From assembly GCA_020056225.1 (NCBI GenBank), contig JAGVIE010000048.1:101352-165351 (forward strand): a DNA stretch of 64,000 nucleotides. The letters run 5' to 3'. Under the pieces are notes generated by a model. That model saw only the letters and a program-made list of their open reading frames with translations, was not told the DNA's origin and made no database searches. Origin of the DNA: Bacteroidota bacterium. Lineage in GTDB: Bacteria; Bacteroidota; Ignavibacteria; UBA10030; SZUA-254. Both the position numbers and the translations under genes were made by a program. Shown in pieces: positions 26,825 through 34,567 of the stretch. Position 1 is the stretch's first letter. Each line of letters begins with the position of its first letter.

Positions 26825-28252
26825 ATGAAACAGTCATTATGCATGATACTTATCCTGTGCTCTGGAATTTTGTTCGCCCAGCAGGAAGATTCAACCTATA
26901 TAAAACTTGGACAGGATGCTCAGGCAGCATATAATAAGAATGATTATAAGAAATCCATTCAACTTTACTTGGACGCTATCGCTCATCCTGCAAGTAAAAA
27001 CTGGCGAGGCGGGCTCCTTTACAATGTGAGCTGCGATTATTCCCTCCTTGGTTTGGCAAATGAAGCGCTCACCTATTTACAGCAAGCAATTGATTCAGGA
27101 TATACTGATTATCGTTGGATAAGCAAAGACACCGATTTCGATTTTCTGAGAAAGAAAACTCCAAAACGATTCAATGCACTTGTGGCAAAAGCAAAAACAA
27201 CGGACAAAAATGCGCGACTCATTAAAAGTCCAATCGCAATTGTCCGCTATGATAACTACTCGGGACCATCCGATATCTCCAAATACATCTGGGACGATTT
27301 CAACAATCCTCAAATGGATTCACTGCGGGAGAAATATCATTTAGCCAAAATTATCGAAAACGGAAAAACTGAATTTGAAAAAATGAAGTTATTGCTCAAT
27401 TGGGTTTCTACAAGATGGAAACACAACGGGAACAATACATGCAAAGAGAAGAATGCCTTAGCAATTCTTGCTGCAGCAGACAAAGGAGAACAGTTTGCTT
27501 GCATCGATTACGCAATAACGCTCGCAAATTGCATGACAGCGCTCGGTTATCCGGCACGGTGGGTGGGATTAAGAATGTATGGAGAAGCATTCGGGAATGG
27601 CAAAGGACATAGCTGCATTGAAGTATGGAGCAATCAATTTCAAAAATGGATACTTTTAGATGGACAAAATAACGCTTGGTGGGAATCAGGCGGCGTACCA
27701 TTGAATGCGCATGAATGTCGTCAATTTTGTACAAACGATAAAGAAGATCTAATAAAGTTCATAGGGCAATTTAAAGACATTGATTATAACCAGATTAAAT
27801 CTGAGTGGGATATTTATTTTTATCATTTGGTTTTTTCGGACAATAACTCTTATTTTTCTTCACCACGCCAAAAAGGAACCACTTTTGAGTTGATCTCAGA
27901 TTCGATAGCCCAAGAGATATTTTTAGAAGGCTTCCCCGAAAACTTAACAAAGACAAATGATATTCAGGAAATTTATCCAAGACTAAACCAAACAGTAATC
28001 ACCGTGCATCATGTGAATACTTACATTCCATCCGATACAATCATAATCAAGCTCACTCACACAATGCCTTTCTTCCAGAAATTTTTAGTGCGAATTAATG
28101 GATCAGAGTTGAAGGAATCAATAGATGAATTTCCATGGATACTGAAGAAAGGTGAGAATGCAATTGAAGTAAAAGCAGTGAATCTTGCCAATATCGAGGG
28201 AAAGGTAAGTCGAATAGTCCTCAGAAATAATATCGGATTTGAAAATAAATAA
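26825..28252 (+). CDS. Secreted TPR + transglutaminase-like cysteine peptidase domain protein
   Basis: ATG at 26825 preceded by GGAG. Signal peptide. Cys-His-Asp core (FACIDYAITLANC ... GHSCIEVW ... ILLDGQNN). Confidence 0.65.
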   Translation: MKQSLCMILILCSGILFAQQEDSTYIKLGQDAQAAYNKNDYKKSIQLYLDAIAHPASKNWRGGLLYNVSCDYSLLGLANEALTYLQQAIDSGYTDYRWISKDTDFDFLRKKTPKRFNALVAKAKTTDKNARLIKSPIAIVRYDNYSGPSDISKYIWDDFNNPQMDSLREKYHLAKIIENGKTEFEKMKLLLNWVSTRWKHNGNNTCKEKNALAILAAADKGEQFACIDYAITLANCMTALGYPARWVGLRMYGEAFGNGKGHSCIEVWSNQFQKWILLDGQNNAWWESGGVPLNAHECRQFCTNDKEDLIKFIGQFKDIDYNQIKSEWDIYFYHLVFSDNNSYFSSPRQKGTTFELISDSIAQEIFLEGFPENLTKTNDIQEIYPRLNQTVITVHHVNTYIPSDTIIIKLTHTMPFFQKFLVRINGSELKESIDEFPWILKKGENAIEVKAVNLANIEGKVSRIVLRNNIGFENK

Positions 28253-28318
28253 ATTCAGAGAATAAGGGAATACATCTTAAAGGTTCAGCATCGTTTTCTC
28301 AAGAAAGGAAAAAATGTT

Positions 28319-29896
28319 ATGAGACTTAACATAAAAGTTGTGACGGTTTTTCTATTCAGTCTTTTTGTTTTCTACTCAACTCTTTCCGCAGGTAAATCAC
28401 AAAGTGATGGACTCACCAGGAATGAATACACAGTCTTAAAAATTTGTGAAGGGATAATCCAGCTATTCAAGCAGTCTCCCGACTCGGTTTGGCCCGGTTA
28501 TAACCTGTCGCAGAGACCGTTCGTCGTTTACCTGCCGGGAAAGTGGGCACTGTTTTTTAACTATTCCCAGAATATTGATGGTTTTTCAGAGTATCCAAAA
28601 AACTGGCCCAATCTGGGTTGCAAAGTGCTCTATCACCAAGGTCAATACAAAGATTTGGTCGGGCAACTTGCATTCGATTTTCAAGTTGATACTCTCAAAA
28701 CCGTAGCGATTGGTTTCCCCGAGGAAAATCTCGATTCACTTCCACATGCTGAAGTGCTATTGTTTGGAAATTACATCCATGAAGCATTTCATCAGTATCA
28801 ATCCGAGGCATTCGGTGAGACACTCTGGGAGCGTGAAGAGCGGTACCCGATCCTTGATCGGGAAAACACTGCCCTCGCATTCATCGAGATGAAATTTCTA
28901 ATGGATGCTCTTGAAATGATGAAATCAAATAACGAGGTAAAGTGCCGTGATTATGTGGAGAAGTTTGTTGCCATTCGAAATTATCGATGGCAACATGGCA
29001 ATCCTTTTATCGCTCGATACGAACAAGGACAGGAAATTCATGAAGGTACTCCACGATATGTTGAGATGAAGAGTATTGCATTGATGAAATCACTCAAGTA
29101 TCAATCTGCCTTGAGCGGTTTGACAAGCTCACTTCAACAAGATTTCGAATCAATATCATTCCCTGATTTTCTCATCGCCGACCTGCAAGAACGAATGACG
29201 GAAAATTCCATTCGGCCAGAGGATATGCTGCGCAACCGAATCTATCCTGTCGGTAGCGCAATCGGTTTCCTGCTGGATTATTTTCATGTCGACTGGAAAA
29301 CAAAGGCGCAACAGGCAGGATATGACTTTACATTCGCACAAATGTTCACCGACGGACTCGGTCTTCAGAAAAATCAACTCAACAAACTAGTAGACGATGC
29401 GAAGAATATGTACAACTACGATCTAATTCTATCTTCGACCGATAAAATCATTGAAGAATATCAGGTAGGATTCAACAAGGAGTTAACTTCGTTCGAGGCA
29501 CAATTCGGATATCGTATTCAAATAGATTTCACCACAAAGAGTCTCTCGCGCTCGCGAGCGAGTCTTGCAAAAAAGTGGCTGGTAAATAAAGGTACACTCT
29601 CCATTTGCAGCAGGTACCAAGTTTACACATTAAAGAATGACAAGATGCAGCTTCAAATACAGAACTCGGGTGTGTTCGAGCAGAATGACTGGGATGAGAG
29701 AAAATATACAGTTGTGTTTTTTACTCCAGAAATTGCGAACATCTCAACGGACGGGCAAAATATTTCACTCACTAAAGATGGCAATAACAAATTTCAGAAG
29801 CTGGAATTATCGGGTAGCAATTGTAAATTCAGTTATTCAAAAAAGGGAACCGTCGTCATAAATCAAAAACAAATCAAAATTACGCTGGATCCTTGA
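28319..29896 (+). CDS. Secreted hypothetical protein with an HExxH zinc-metallopeptidase-like motif
   Basis: Signal peptide. NYIHEAFHQYQ (HEAFH) and downstream EIHEGTPRYVE. No family recognised. Confidence 0.45.
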   Translation: MRLNIKVVTVFLFSLFVFYSTLSAGKSQSDGLTRNEYTVLKICEGIIQLFKQSPDSVWPGYNLSQRPFVVYLPGKWALFFNYSQNIDGFSEYPKNWPNLGCKVLYHQGQYKDLVGQLAFDFQVDTLKTVAIGFPEENLDSLPHAEVLLFGNYIHEAFHQYQSEAFGETLWEREERYPILDRENTALAFIEMKFLMDALEMMKSNNEVKCRDYVEKFVAIRNYRWQHGNPFIARYEQGQEIHEGTPRYVEMKSIALMKSLKYQSALSGLTSSLQQDFESISFPDFLIADLQERMTENSIRPEDMLRNRIYPVGSAIGFLLDYFHVDWKTKAQQAGYDFTFAQMFTDGLGLQKNQLNKLVDDAKNMYNYDLILSSTDKIIEEYQVGFNKELTSFEAQFGYRIQIDFTTKSLSRSRASLAKKWLVNKGTLSICSRYQVYTLKNDKMQLQIQNSGVFEQNDWDERKYTVVFFTPEIANISTDGQNISLTKDGNNKFQKLELSGSNCKFSYSKKGTVVINQKQIKITLDP

Positions 29897-29935
29897 TCTG
29901 CCCGTATCAGTACTTGAAAAAAGGTTTCCTCTATT

Positions 29936-30454
29936 TCATATAGTATTCTTTTTTTCAAGGTCGAGTAAGAATTTTTTCCTCCACAACTTACCGCCGTAGC
30001 CGCGTAAATTACCGTTGGCTTCGATGACACGATGACACGGAATAATAATCGGCAGATAGTTTGCTCCATTCGCTCTTCCCACCGCACGTGCAGCTCCCGG
30101 TTTGCCAAGTGCTTTCGCAATTTCGCCATATGAGCGAGTTTCGCCATACGAAATTTTCATTAGTTCCAGCCAATCCAATATCTCAAATTTTGTTCCCTGT
30201 AAATCGAGCTTCAAAGAAAATTTTTCCCTTTTGCCTTTAAAATACTCGTTCACTTGAGATTCCATTTTATCTATGAACTTGTTTGTTCCTTTCACCATTT
30301 CCATTTTATATCGTTTCTCAACTCGCGATTGTATTTTTTTGAATCCTCCACGATCATAAAACTCATATATGCAACAACCCGATGAAGTTGCGCATGCAAC
30401 AAATTTTCCAATTGGTGAATCTACAATTTTATAAACGATTTTTTCTGTTTCCAT
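29936..30454 (-). CDS. adaB: Methylated-DNA--protein-cysteine methyltransferase (AdaB/Ogt-like)
   Basis: Active-site IIPCHRVI plus GYGG. Likely start at METEKIVYK (30454). Overlaps the adaA-like gene, as in Bacillus adaA-adaB. Confidence 0.85.
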   Translation of the reverse strand: METEKIVYKIVDSPIGKFVACATSSGCCIYEFYDRGGFKKIQSRVEKRYKMEMVKGTNKFIDKMESQVNEYFKGKREKFSLKLDLQGTKFEILDWLELMKISYGETRSYGEIAKALGKPGAARAVGRANGANYLPIIIPCHRVIEANGNLRGYGGKLWRKKFLLDLEKKNTI

Positions 30455-30986
30455 TTGATTTTCCCGGTGTGTAACCATATTGTTTAATGAATGCATCACG
30501 AAAGCCGCTCTCCGATTCGAAACCGCATTCGTATGCTGTTGTTAAGTAATTGTTTCCCTTTTCAATGAGGGTACGCGCATATTCCAACCGAAGCTTTCGG
30601 TGAAATGCTATTGGTGTCGTTTCCATGTAAGTCTTAAAGTATCTTCGAATTGTCGATATATCAACTTGTGCAATTCCTGCCAATTCATCTTCAGTGATTT
30701 TGCGAGTCCTTTCTTTCTTCAGGACATCAAGAGCTTTTCCCCACCACTTCGGATGAACATCGGGAAAAAATTCCGAGCGGCATCTTTTACACCCCCGGAA
30801 TCCGGCGGCAACAGCTTGCTTCTTCGTTGGTAAGAACACAACATTTTTCAGCATTGGTGTCTTCGCTTTACACGATGGTACACAATAAATACCTGTTGTA
30901 TTTACGCAGACATAAAACTTACCATCGTAACTGGCATCATCGGTCAGCATAGCTGCAACCATCTTGTCGTATGTTAATCGTTCCAT
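30429..30986 (-). CDS. adaA: Ada N-terminal zinc domain + AraC-type HTH regulator (AdaA-like)
   Basis: Cys4 pattern (YCVPSCKAK ... GCKRC) and a C-terminal AraC HTH (TTAYECGFESESGFRDAFIKQYG). Confidence 0.8.
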   Translation of the reverse strand: MERLTYDKMVAAMLTDDASYDGKFYVCVNTTGIYCVPSCKAKTPMLKNVVFLPTKKQAVAAGFRGCKRCRSEFFPDVHPKWWGKALDVLKKERTRKITEDELAGIAQVDISTIRRYFKTYMETTPIAFHRKLRLEYARTLIEKGNNYLTTAYECGFESESGFRDAFIKQYGYTPGKSNGNRKNRL

Positions 30987-31018
30987 GGATTAAAGATACA
31001 ATTATTGTTTTAGAAATT

Positions 31019-32275
31019 CTACCGATTTTCGTGCATGGAATTTAAATAATAGACAAACAGACCAAATGCACGGACGGCTTCTCCCTGCGCATGAACAGTT
31101 CCAACCTCATCGACACCATATCCATCTTCACCACCGTAAGGATTCCATCCATTTCTAATACCGTGGTCTGTCTCTCGATGAAGTGTTACACTCGCGGCTC
31201 CATGATGATTTGTCCAGACATGTTCCAACATCTTCTCTATCTTTGGAGGAATATCTTGCAGTTCATCAGGCGCAATCGCATATGCATCTAAAAGAAAATT
31301 AACAAAGGCGCCATTTCCATCCATCTGGATCTGGTAAAAATCGTGAGGATCAACCCAGCCGTTAGCAGGATCCATTATTCTTTTTGCAGTCTCGACTACA
31401 ATCTTCTTGTATTTCGGATCCTTTGTTACACGATACAACGCCGCACCGATTGTACAAAAACCTGCACCTTGCCATGGGACTTCATTACCGAATGCGGCTC
31501 TACCCGGTTTACCTTGCCATTTTCCATTTCCTTTGTAAAGAATTTTTTCAACTCCCGGATATTTTTTGTCACCGTTCCAAACGAGCAACGCATCATTAAG
31601 GAACTGCTTCTCGCCTGTTATCTCATACAACCAACACGCGACAGTTACCATCTGATTCATATTGCTGTTGGTAAAAATTCTTTCCTGAACACCGGCATTG
31701 AGAGACCAGTTGTACCAGCTCCAGTATCCGTTATGATTGGAAAGCCGTCCTTCTTCGCGTGCACTAATGTAACGTTGTTTGGCGTCCTCAATCAACGATT
31801 GATTTTTCCTTCCTGTAAAATCCCACCAATAAAACTCGGCAAGACAAATCCATGCGCGATCGTCAACCCATGTACCTTCGCACATCTTGCGCATGTCATG
31901 TTCGATGGTATGAAAACGCAGAAGCGCCGAATCTTTCGTTACTGCGAACAGATACGCATCTCCGATTGCACCGTACGCTCCCTCCCAGCACGGCGTGTAG
32001 ACAGAATGAAATTGCTCATCTACTGTCTTTGCCCGCTCGATCCATTTTTCTATTGGTCTAACATTTTCTATTGCCGGTTTGGATCGTTGGATATTGGTTG
32101 TTTGGGGATTCGTCTCCGATTGCTCGCGGGCTTTCCATATATACACCAGAACGATTGCCACGACTATTATCCCAGCTATGACATACCACTTCAACCGGCC
32201 ACTAAATTGTTTTGGGGGAGTTGACTCTTTATGTTGATTCTTTTTATGAGGTTTACCTTTAGTCATGGAAGTCAT
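31019..32275 (-). CDS. Membrane-anchored (alpha/alpha)6-barrel glycoside hydrolase, GH76-like
   Basis: TM anchor (WYVIAGIIVVAIVLVYIW). GTWVDDRAWICLAEFYWWDFTG and ACWLYEITGEKQFLNDALLVW resemble GH76 motifs. Start chosen at MTSMTKGK (32275) rather than 32413. Confidence 0.5.
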   Translation of the reverse strand: MTSMTKGKPHKKNQHKESTPPKQFSGRLKWYVIAGIIVVAIVLVYIWKAREQSETNPQTTNIQRSKPAIENVRPIEKWIERAKTVDEQFHSVYTPCWEGAYGAIGDAYLFAVTKDSALLRFHTIEHDMRKMCEGTWVDDRAWICLAEFYWWDFTGRKNQSLIEDAKQRYISAREEGRLSNHNGYWSWYNWSLNAGVQERIFTNSNMNQMVTVACWLYEITGEKQFLNDALLVWNGDKKYPGVEKILYKGNGKWQGKPGRAAFGNEVPWQGAGFCTIGAALYRVTKDPKYKKIVVETAKRIMDPANGWVDPHDFYQIQMDGNGAFVNFLLDAYAIAPDELQDIPPKIEKMLEHVWTNHHGAASVTLHRETDHGIRNGWNPYGGEDGYGVDEVGTVHAQGEAVRAFGLFVYYLNSMHENR

Positions 32276-32402
32276 GTATTCTGATTTAATAAATGTCAGT
32301 AGATTTTTCGGATATTGCAAACATTTTTCTTTTTCGCATTTGAAGTTAATTTTCTTTTTACCGATATTGACCTGAAATAATATGGTTAATTTGATTTCCT
32401 TG

Positions 32403-32585
32403 ATGAATAACAAAAAGAAATCGATTTTTAATGAGAAACTCCCTGCCTATTGCGATTTTAGTTGCCAACGTGCGGCGTTTGCGCCAGAGGATACCACCGG
32501 TGCATGTAGGCGCGAGCAGGCAGTGTATTGCAAGTTGGTTGAGAAATTTAATAACAAGAATTCGAAGTGCTTAGTGAAGAAATAA
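32403..32585 (+). CDS. Small Cys-rich hypothetical protein (60 aa)
   Basis: MNNKKKSIFNEKLPAYCDFSCQRAAFAPEDTTGACRREQAVYCKLVEKFNNKNSKC: five Cys in a regular pattern. Divergent from the GH76-like gene. Confidence 0.4.
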   Translation: MNNKKKSIFNEKLPAYCDFSCQRAAFAPEDTTGACRREQAVYCKLVEKFNNKNSKCLVKK

Positions 32586-32784
32586 TTGACCTTAACCAGT
32601 AACGGGTAATCGACTAAGTCCCACGTCATGCTGAAACGCTTTTTTTTAGCATCTAATCATAGCCAGCTTGGTTTAGATCCCGACTAGTCCCGCTCTACGA
32701 GCGGGACGGGATGACGGGTACGGACGACCTTACAGGTGAAGTCATCAATACAGAACATTATAAAATCAGAAAAAGGAGTTTACT

Positions 32785-33060
32785 ATGAATAACGGAGCAG
32801 TGGCAGCAGCGGTAGCGGCAGCAAATGCGGTTAAAGCATCTGGGGCAATCGTTCGTATTGAATCGAAAGATTTTCAATCCATAGTTACAAAAAGTGAGAA
32901 GCCCTTAGTGATTATTTCTGAATATACCTTCTTTGGTAAGTATTACAGATACCTCACCGGTTATAAAGGATTTGTTTTCTACACAAAATCCAGAATCCCG
33001 CTCGACTTCGGCAGCAACGTTGAGCTGATGACGGCAAGAAGTATCTGGATACCGAATTAA
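32785..33060 (+). CDS. Hypothetical 91-aa protein
   Basis: Strong ribosome-binding site (AAAAGGAG, 7 nt before the ATG). Ala-rich N-terminus. No family recognised. Confidence 0.45.
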   Translation: MNNGAVAAAVAAANAVKASGAIVRIESKDFQSIVTKSEKPLVIISEYTFFGKYYRYLTGYKGFVFYTKSRIPLDFGSNVELMTARSIWIPN

Positions 33061-33105
33061 ATTATAAACAGTATGCTCCACAGCTCGACTGAGTACGGGA
33101 TACTT

Positions 33106-33133
33106 TCAATGGCGGCGTTTTCGTGGGAGTGAA
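33106..33133. repeat. Left half of a duplicated 66-bp element (25/28 identical to 34287-34314)
   Basis: TCAATGGCGGcGTTTtcGTGGGAGTGAA versus TCAATGGCGGtGTTTgaGTGGGAGTGAA. Confidence 0.8.
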
Positions 33134-33149
33134 GTTATAACGTACAACT

Positions 33150-33214
33150 GTCATGGTGAGCTTGTCAAACCATGACGGGACTGTAGTGCAAACCTATACT
33201 ATTCGGCCAACTCA
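33150..33214. repeat. Hairpin module (GTCATGGT-GAGCTTGTCAA-ACCATGAC) plus a degenerate CTCAGGGTAAC copy overlapping the GIY-YIG 3' end
   Basis: Perfect 8-bp stem 33150-33157 / 33169-33176. The loop matches the GAGCTTGTCGAA core seen five more times nearby. Confidence 0.75.
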
Positions 33215-33535
33215 GGGTAACTGTTTGATTTGTTTTCGTGTGTCTGGAGATTTTTTTGATTTAGAAAGTTGAACAAGTGCATCGAAATCTCCTCTCATCA
33301 ATGCCTCTTTTTTCTTTCGTGTCCATCCTTTAATTTGCTGCTCAGCCGCAATTGCATATCTTATATCAGAAAAATGTTCCGACCATAACAATTTAACCGG
33401 ACGTTTTCCTGACGTATAACCCGGATATATTCCTAAGTGGTGTTCTGAAATTCGTTTTTCAATGTTCGATGTCGATCCAGTATAGTATGAGCCATCTGAA
33501 CATTCTAAAATATAAACCCAACCTTGTTTCATCAA
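33212..33535 (-). CDS. GIY-YIG nuclease family protein (UPF0213/YhbQ-like, 107 aa)
   Basis: WVYILECSDGSYYTGSTSNIEKRISEH (GIY...YxG...R..eH) and AIAAEQQIKGWTRKKK. Confidence 0.85.
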   Translation of the reverse strand: MMKQGWVYILECSDGSYYTGSTSNIEKRISEHHLGIYPGYTSGKRPVKLLWSEHFSDIRYAIAAEQQIKGWTRKKKEALMRGDFDALVQLSKSKKSPDTRKQIKQLP

Positions 33536-33589
33536 GCTAAATATAAGTATTTACAACTTAATATTCTTAGTTTGAGATTACAAAAAACC

Positions 33590-33801
33590 GTAGTCTGAGC
33601 TTGTCGAAGAATGACAGGAAAACGCAGACTACTCGTCCCCCTTCGACAAACTCAGGGTGACTACTAACTGTCATGGTGAGCTTGTCGAACAATGGCAGTG
33701 AGTACGATTACACTTTTTTAAAAAATAGCCAAGGAATAAGCACCGTCCTTTTCCACGTCACCCTTCGACATGCTCAGGGTGACTGTTGGGCTCAGGGTGA
33801 C
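33590..33801. repeat. Cluster of 4-5 hairpin modules sharing the loop core GAGCTTGTCGAA (both orientations)
   Basis: Stems: 33590-97/33625-32 (GTAGTCTG/CAGACTAC), 33635-42/33654-61, 33668-74/33692-98, 33757-64/33776-83 (GTCACCCT/AGGGTGAC). Partial copy at 33791-33801. Confidence 0.8.
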
Positions 33802-33831
33802 TTGTAGACAGGGTAATAGTCTTTGCTTGGT

Positions 33832-33869
33832 TTGATTTTCATCTCGGCAAGTTTTATATTCTTGTCGTG
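33832..33869 (+). promoter_or_regulatory. Right half of the duplicated element; contains TTGATT-17-TATATT promoter-like boxes
   Basis: 34/38 identical to 34315-34352. TTGATT 33832-37, TATATT 33855-60. About 80 nt upstream of the 33940 ORF. Confidence 0.5.
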
Positions 33870-33939
33870 TTATCATAACTATTAGTTATAATAACGCAAT
33901 GCGCAAGTGCTCTAATCATTACAATGGAGAAAGATAATC

Positions 33940-34254
33940 ATGTCAAAAGATATCAGCTTTGATCTCAAGGGCAATAATTTGTATAGTGCTTTGCTCTATA
34001 CTACAATCCACAGTAACGCTCTTCTCGCAGCAACACTTCATTTGCAGTCAGAAATCTTGGCTAAGCTGAACGATTGCGAGAAGTCCGAAACTTTTGAATA
34101 CGCTTACACACTTTACGAAGAGTTCTTGAGAGACGCTCAGATGGACATTGTCGCAAAGTATGGAGATATTCCGATAGACATCTCGAAGCTGACTTCTTTA
34201 ACCAAGCGTAAAGGTGGATCGGATCAATCTTCACCGTCAACACCGAATAAATAG
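33940..34254 (+). CDS. Hypothetical 104-aa helical protein
   Basis: GGAGA ribosome-binding site. No family recognised. Confidence 0.4.
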   Translation: MSKDISFDLKGNNLYSALLYTTIHSNALLAATLHLQSEILAKLNDCEKSETFEYAYTLYEEFLRDAQMDIVAKYGDIPIDISKLTSLTKRKGGSDQSSPSTPNK

Positions 34255-34286
34255 AATGTTTAGCTTTCATCATCATTTTCATTCAG

Positions 34287-34352
34287 TCAATGGCGGTGTT
34301 TGAGTGGGAGTGAATTGATTTTCATCTTAGCAAGTTTTATATTCTTGACATG
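34287..34352 (+). repeat. Intact (uninterrupted) copy of the 66-bp element, with TTGATT-17-TATATT boxes
   Basis: The left (34287-34314) and right (34315-34352) halves abut here. At 33106-33869 they are separated by 698 bp. Confidence 0.8.
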
Positions 34353-34567
34353 ATAAAATGGAGATTTGTATATGAAGCGGGCAATCGGTGAAGGAATGAT
34401 TAAAATGATGGAATCAAGCATATTTACAAATTATGATGATGGTATACCTGAATAAAAGCAATAAAAATACCATTCGTGTTTTCAACCATATTGATTGTAA
34501 CAATGCAATGTGTGTATAGGTGGTTATTTTAAGTGCAAATATGTAAAAAACCTATGAGGGAATCAAA

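Noticed and set aside
29936-30986. Possible frameshifted single ada gene (two overlapping ORFs)
   Set aside because: Separate, overlapping adaA (Zn/AraC) and adaB (methyltransferase) genes are a known natural arrangement, for example in Bacillus subtilis. Both ORFs have complete domains and adaB has its own ATG (30454). I therefore did not call it a pseudogene.
31343-32224. 293-aa plus-strand ORF
   Set aside because: It lies entirely antisense to the GH76-like gene, which has clear family motifs and a TM anchor. The translation is Cys/Arg/Phe-rich with no motifs, start context or signal. This is a typical shadow ORF.
33590-33801. Possible CRISPR array (clustered repeats)
   Set aside because: The repeat units occur in both orientations, are individually palindromic, are irregularly spaced (a few to about 60 nt) and have variable flanks. 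There are no cas genes nearby. They are REP/MITE-like hairpins, not CRISPR repeats.
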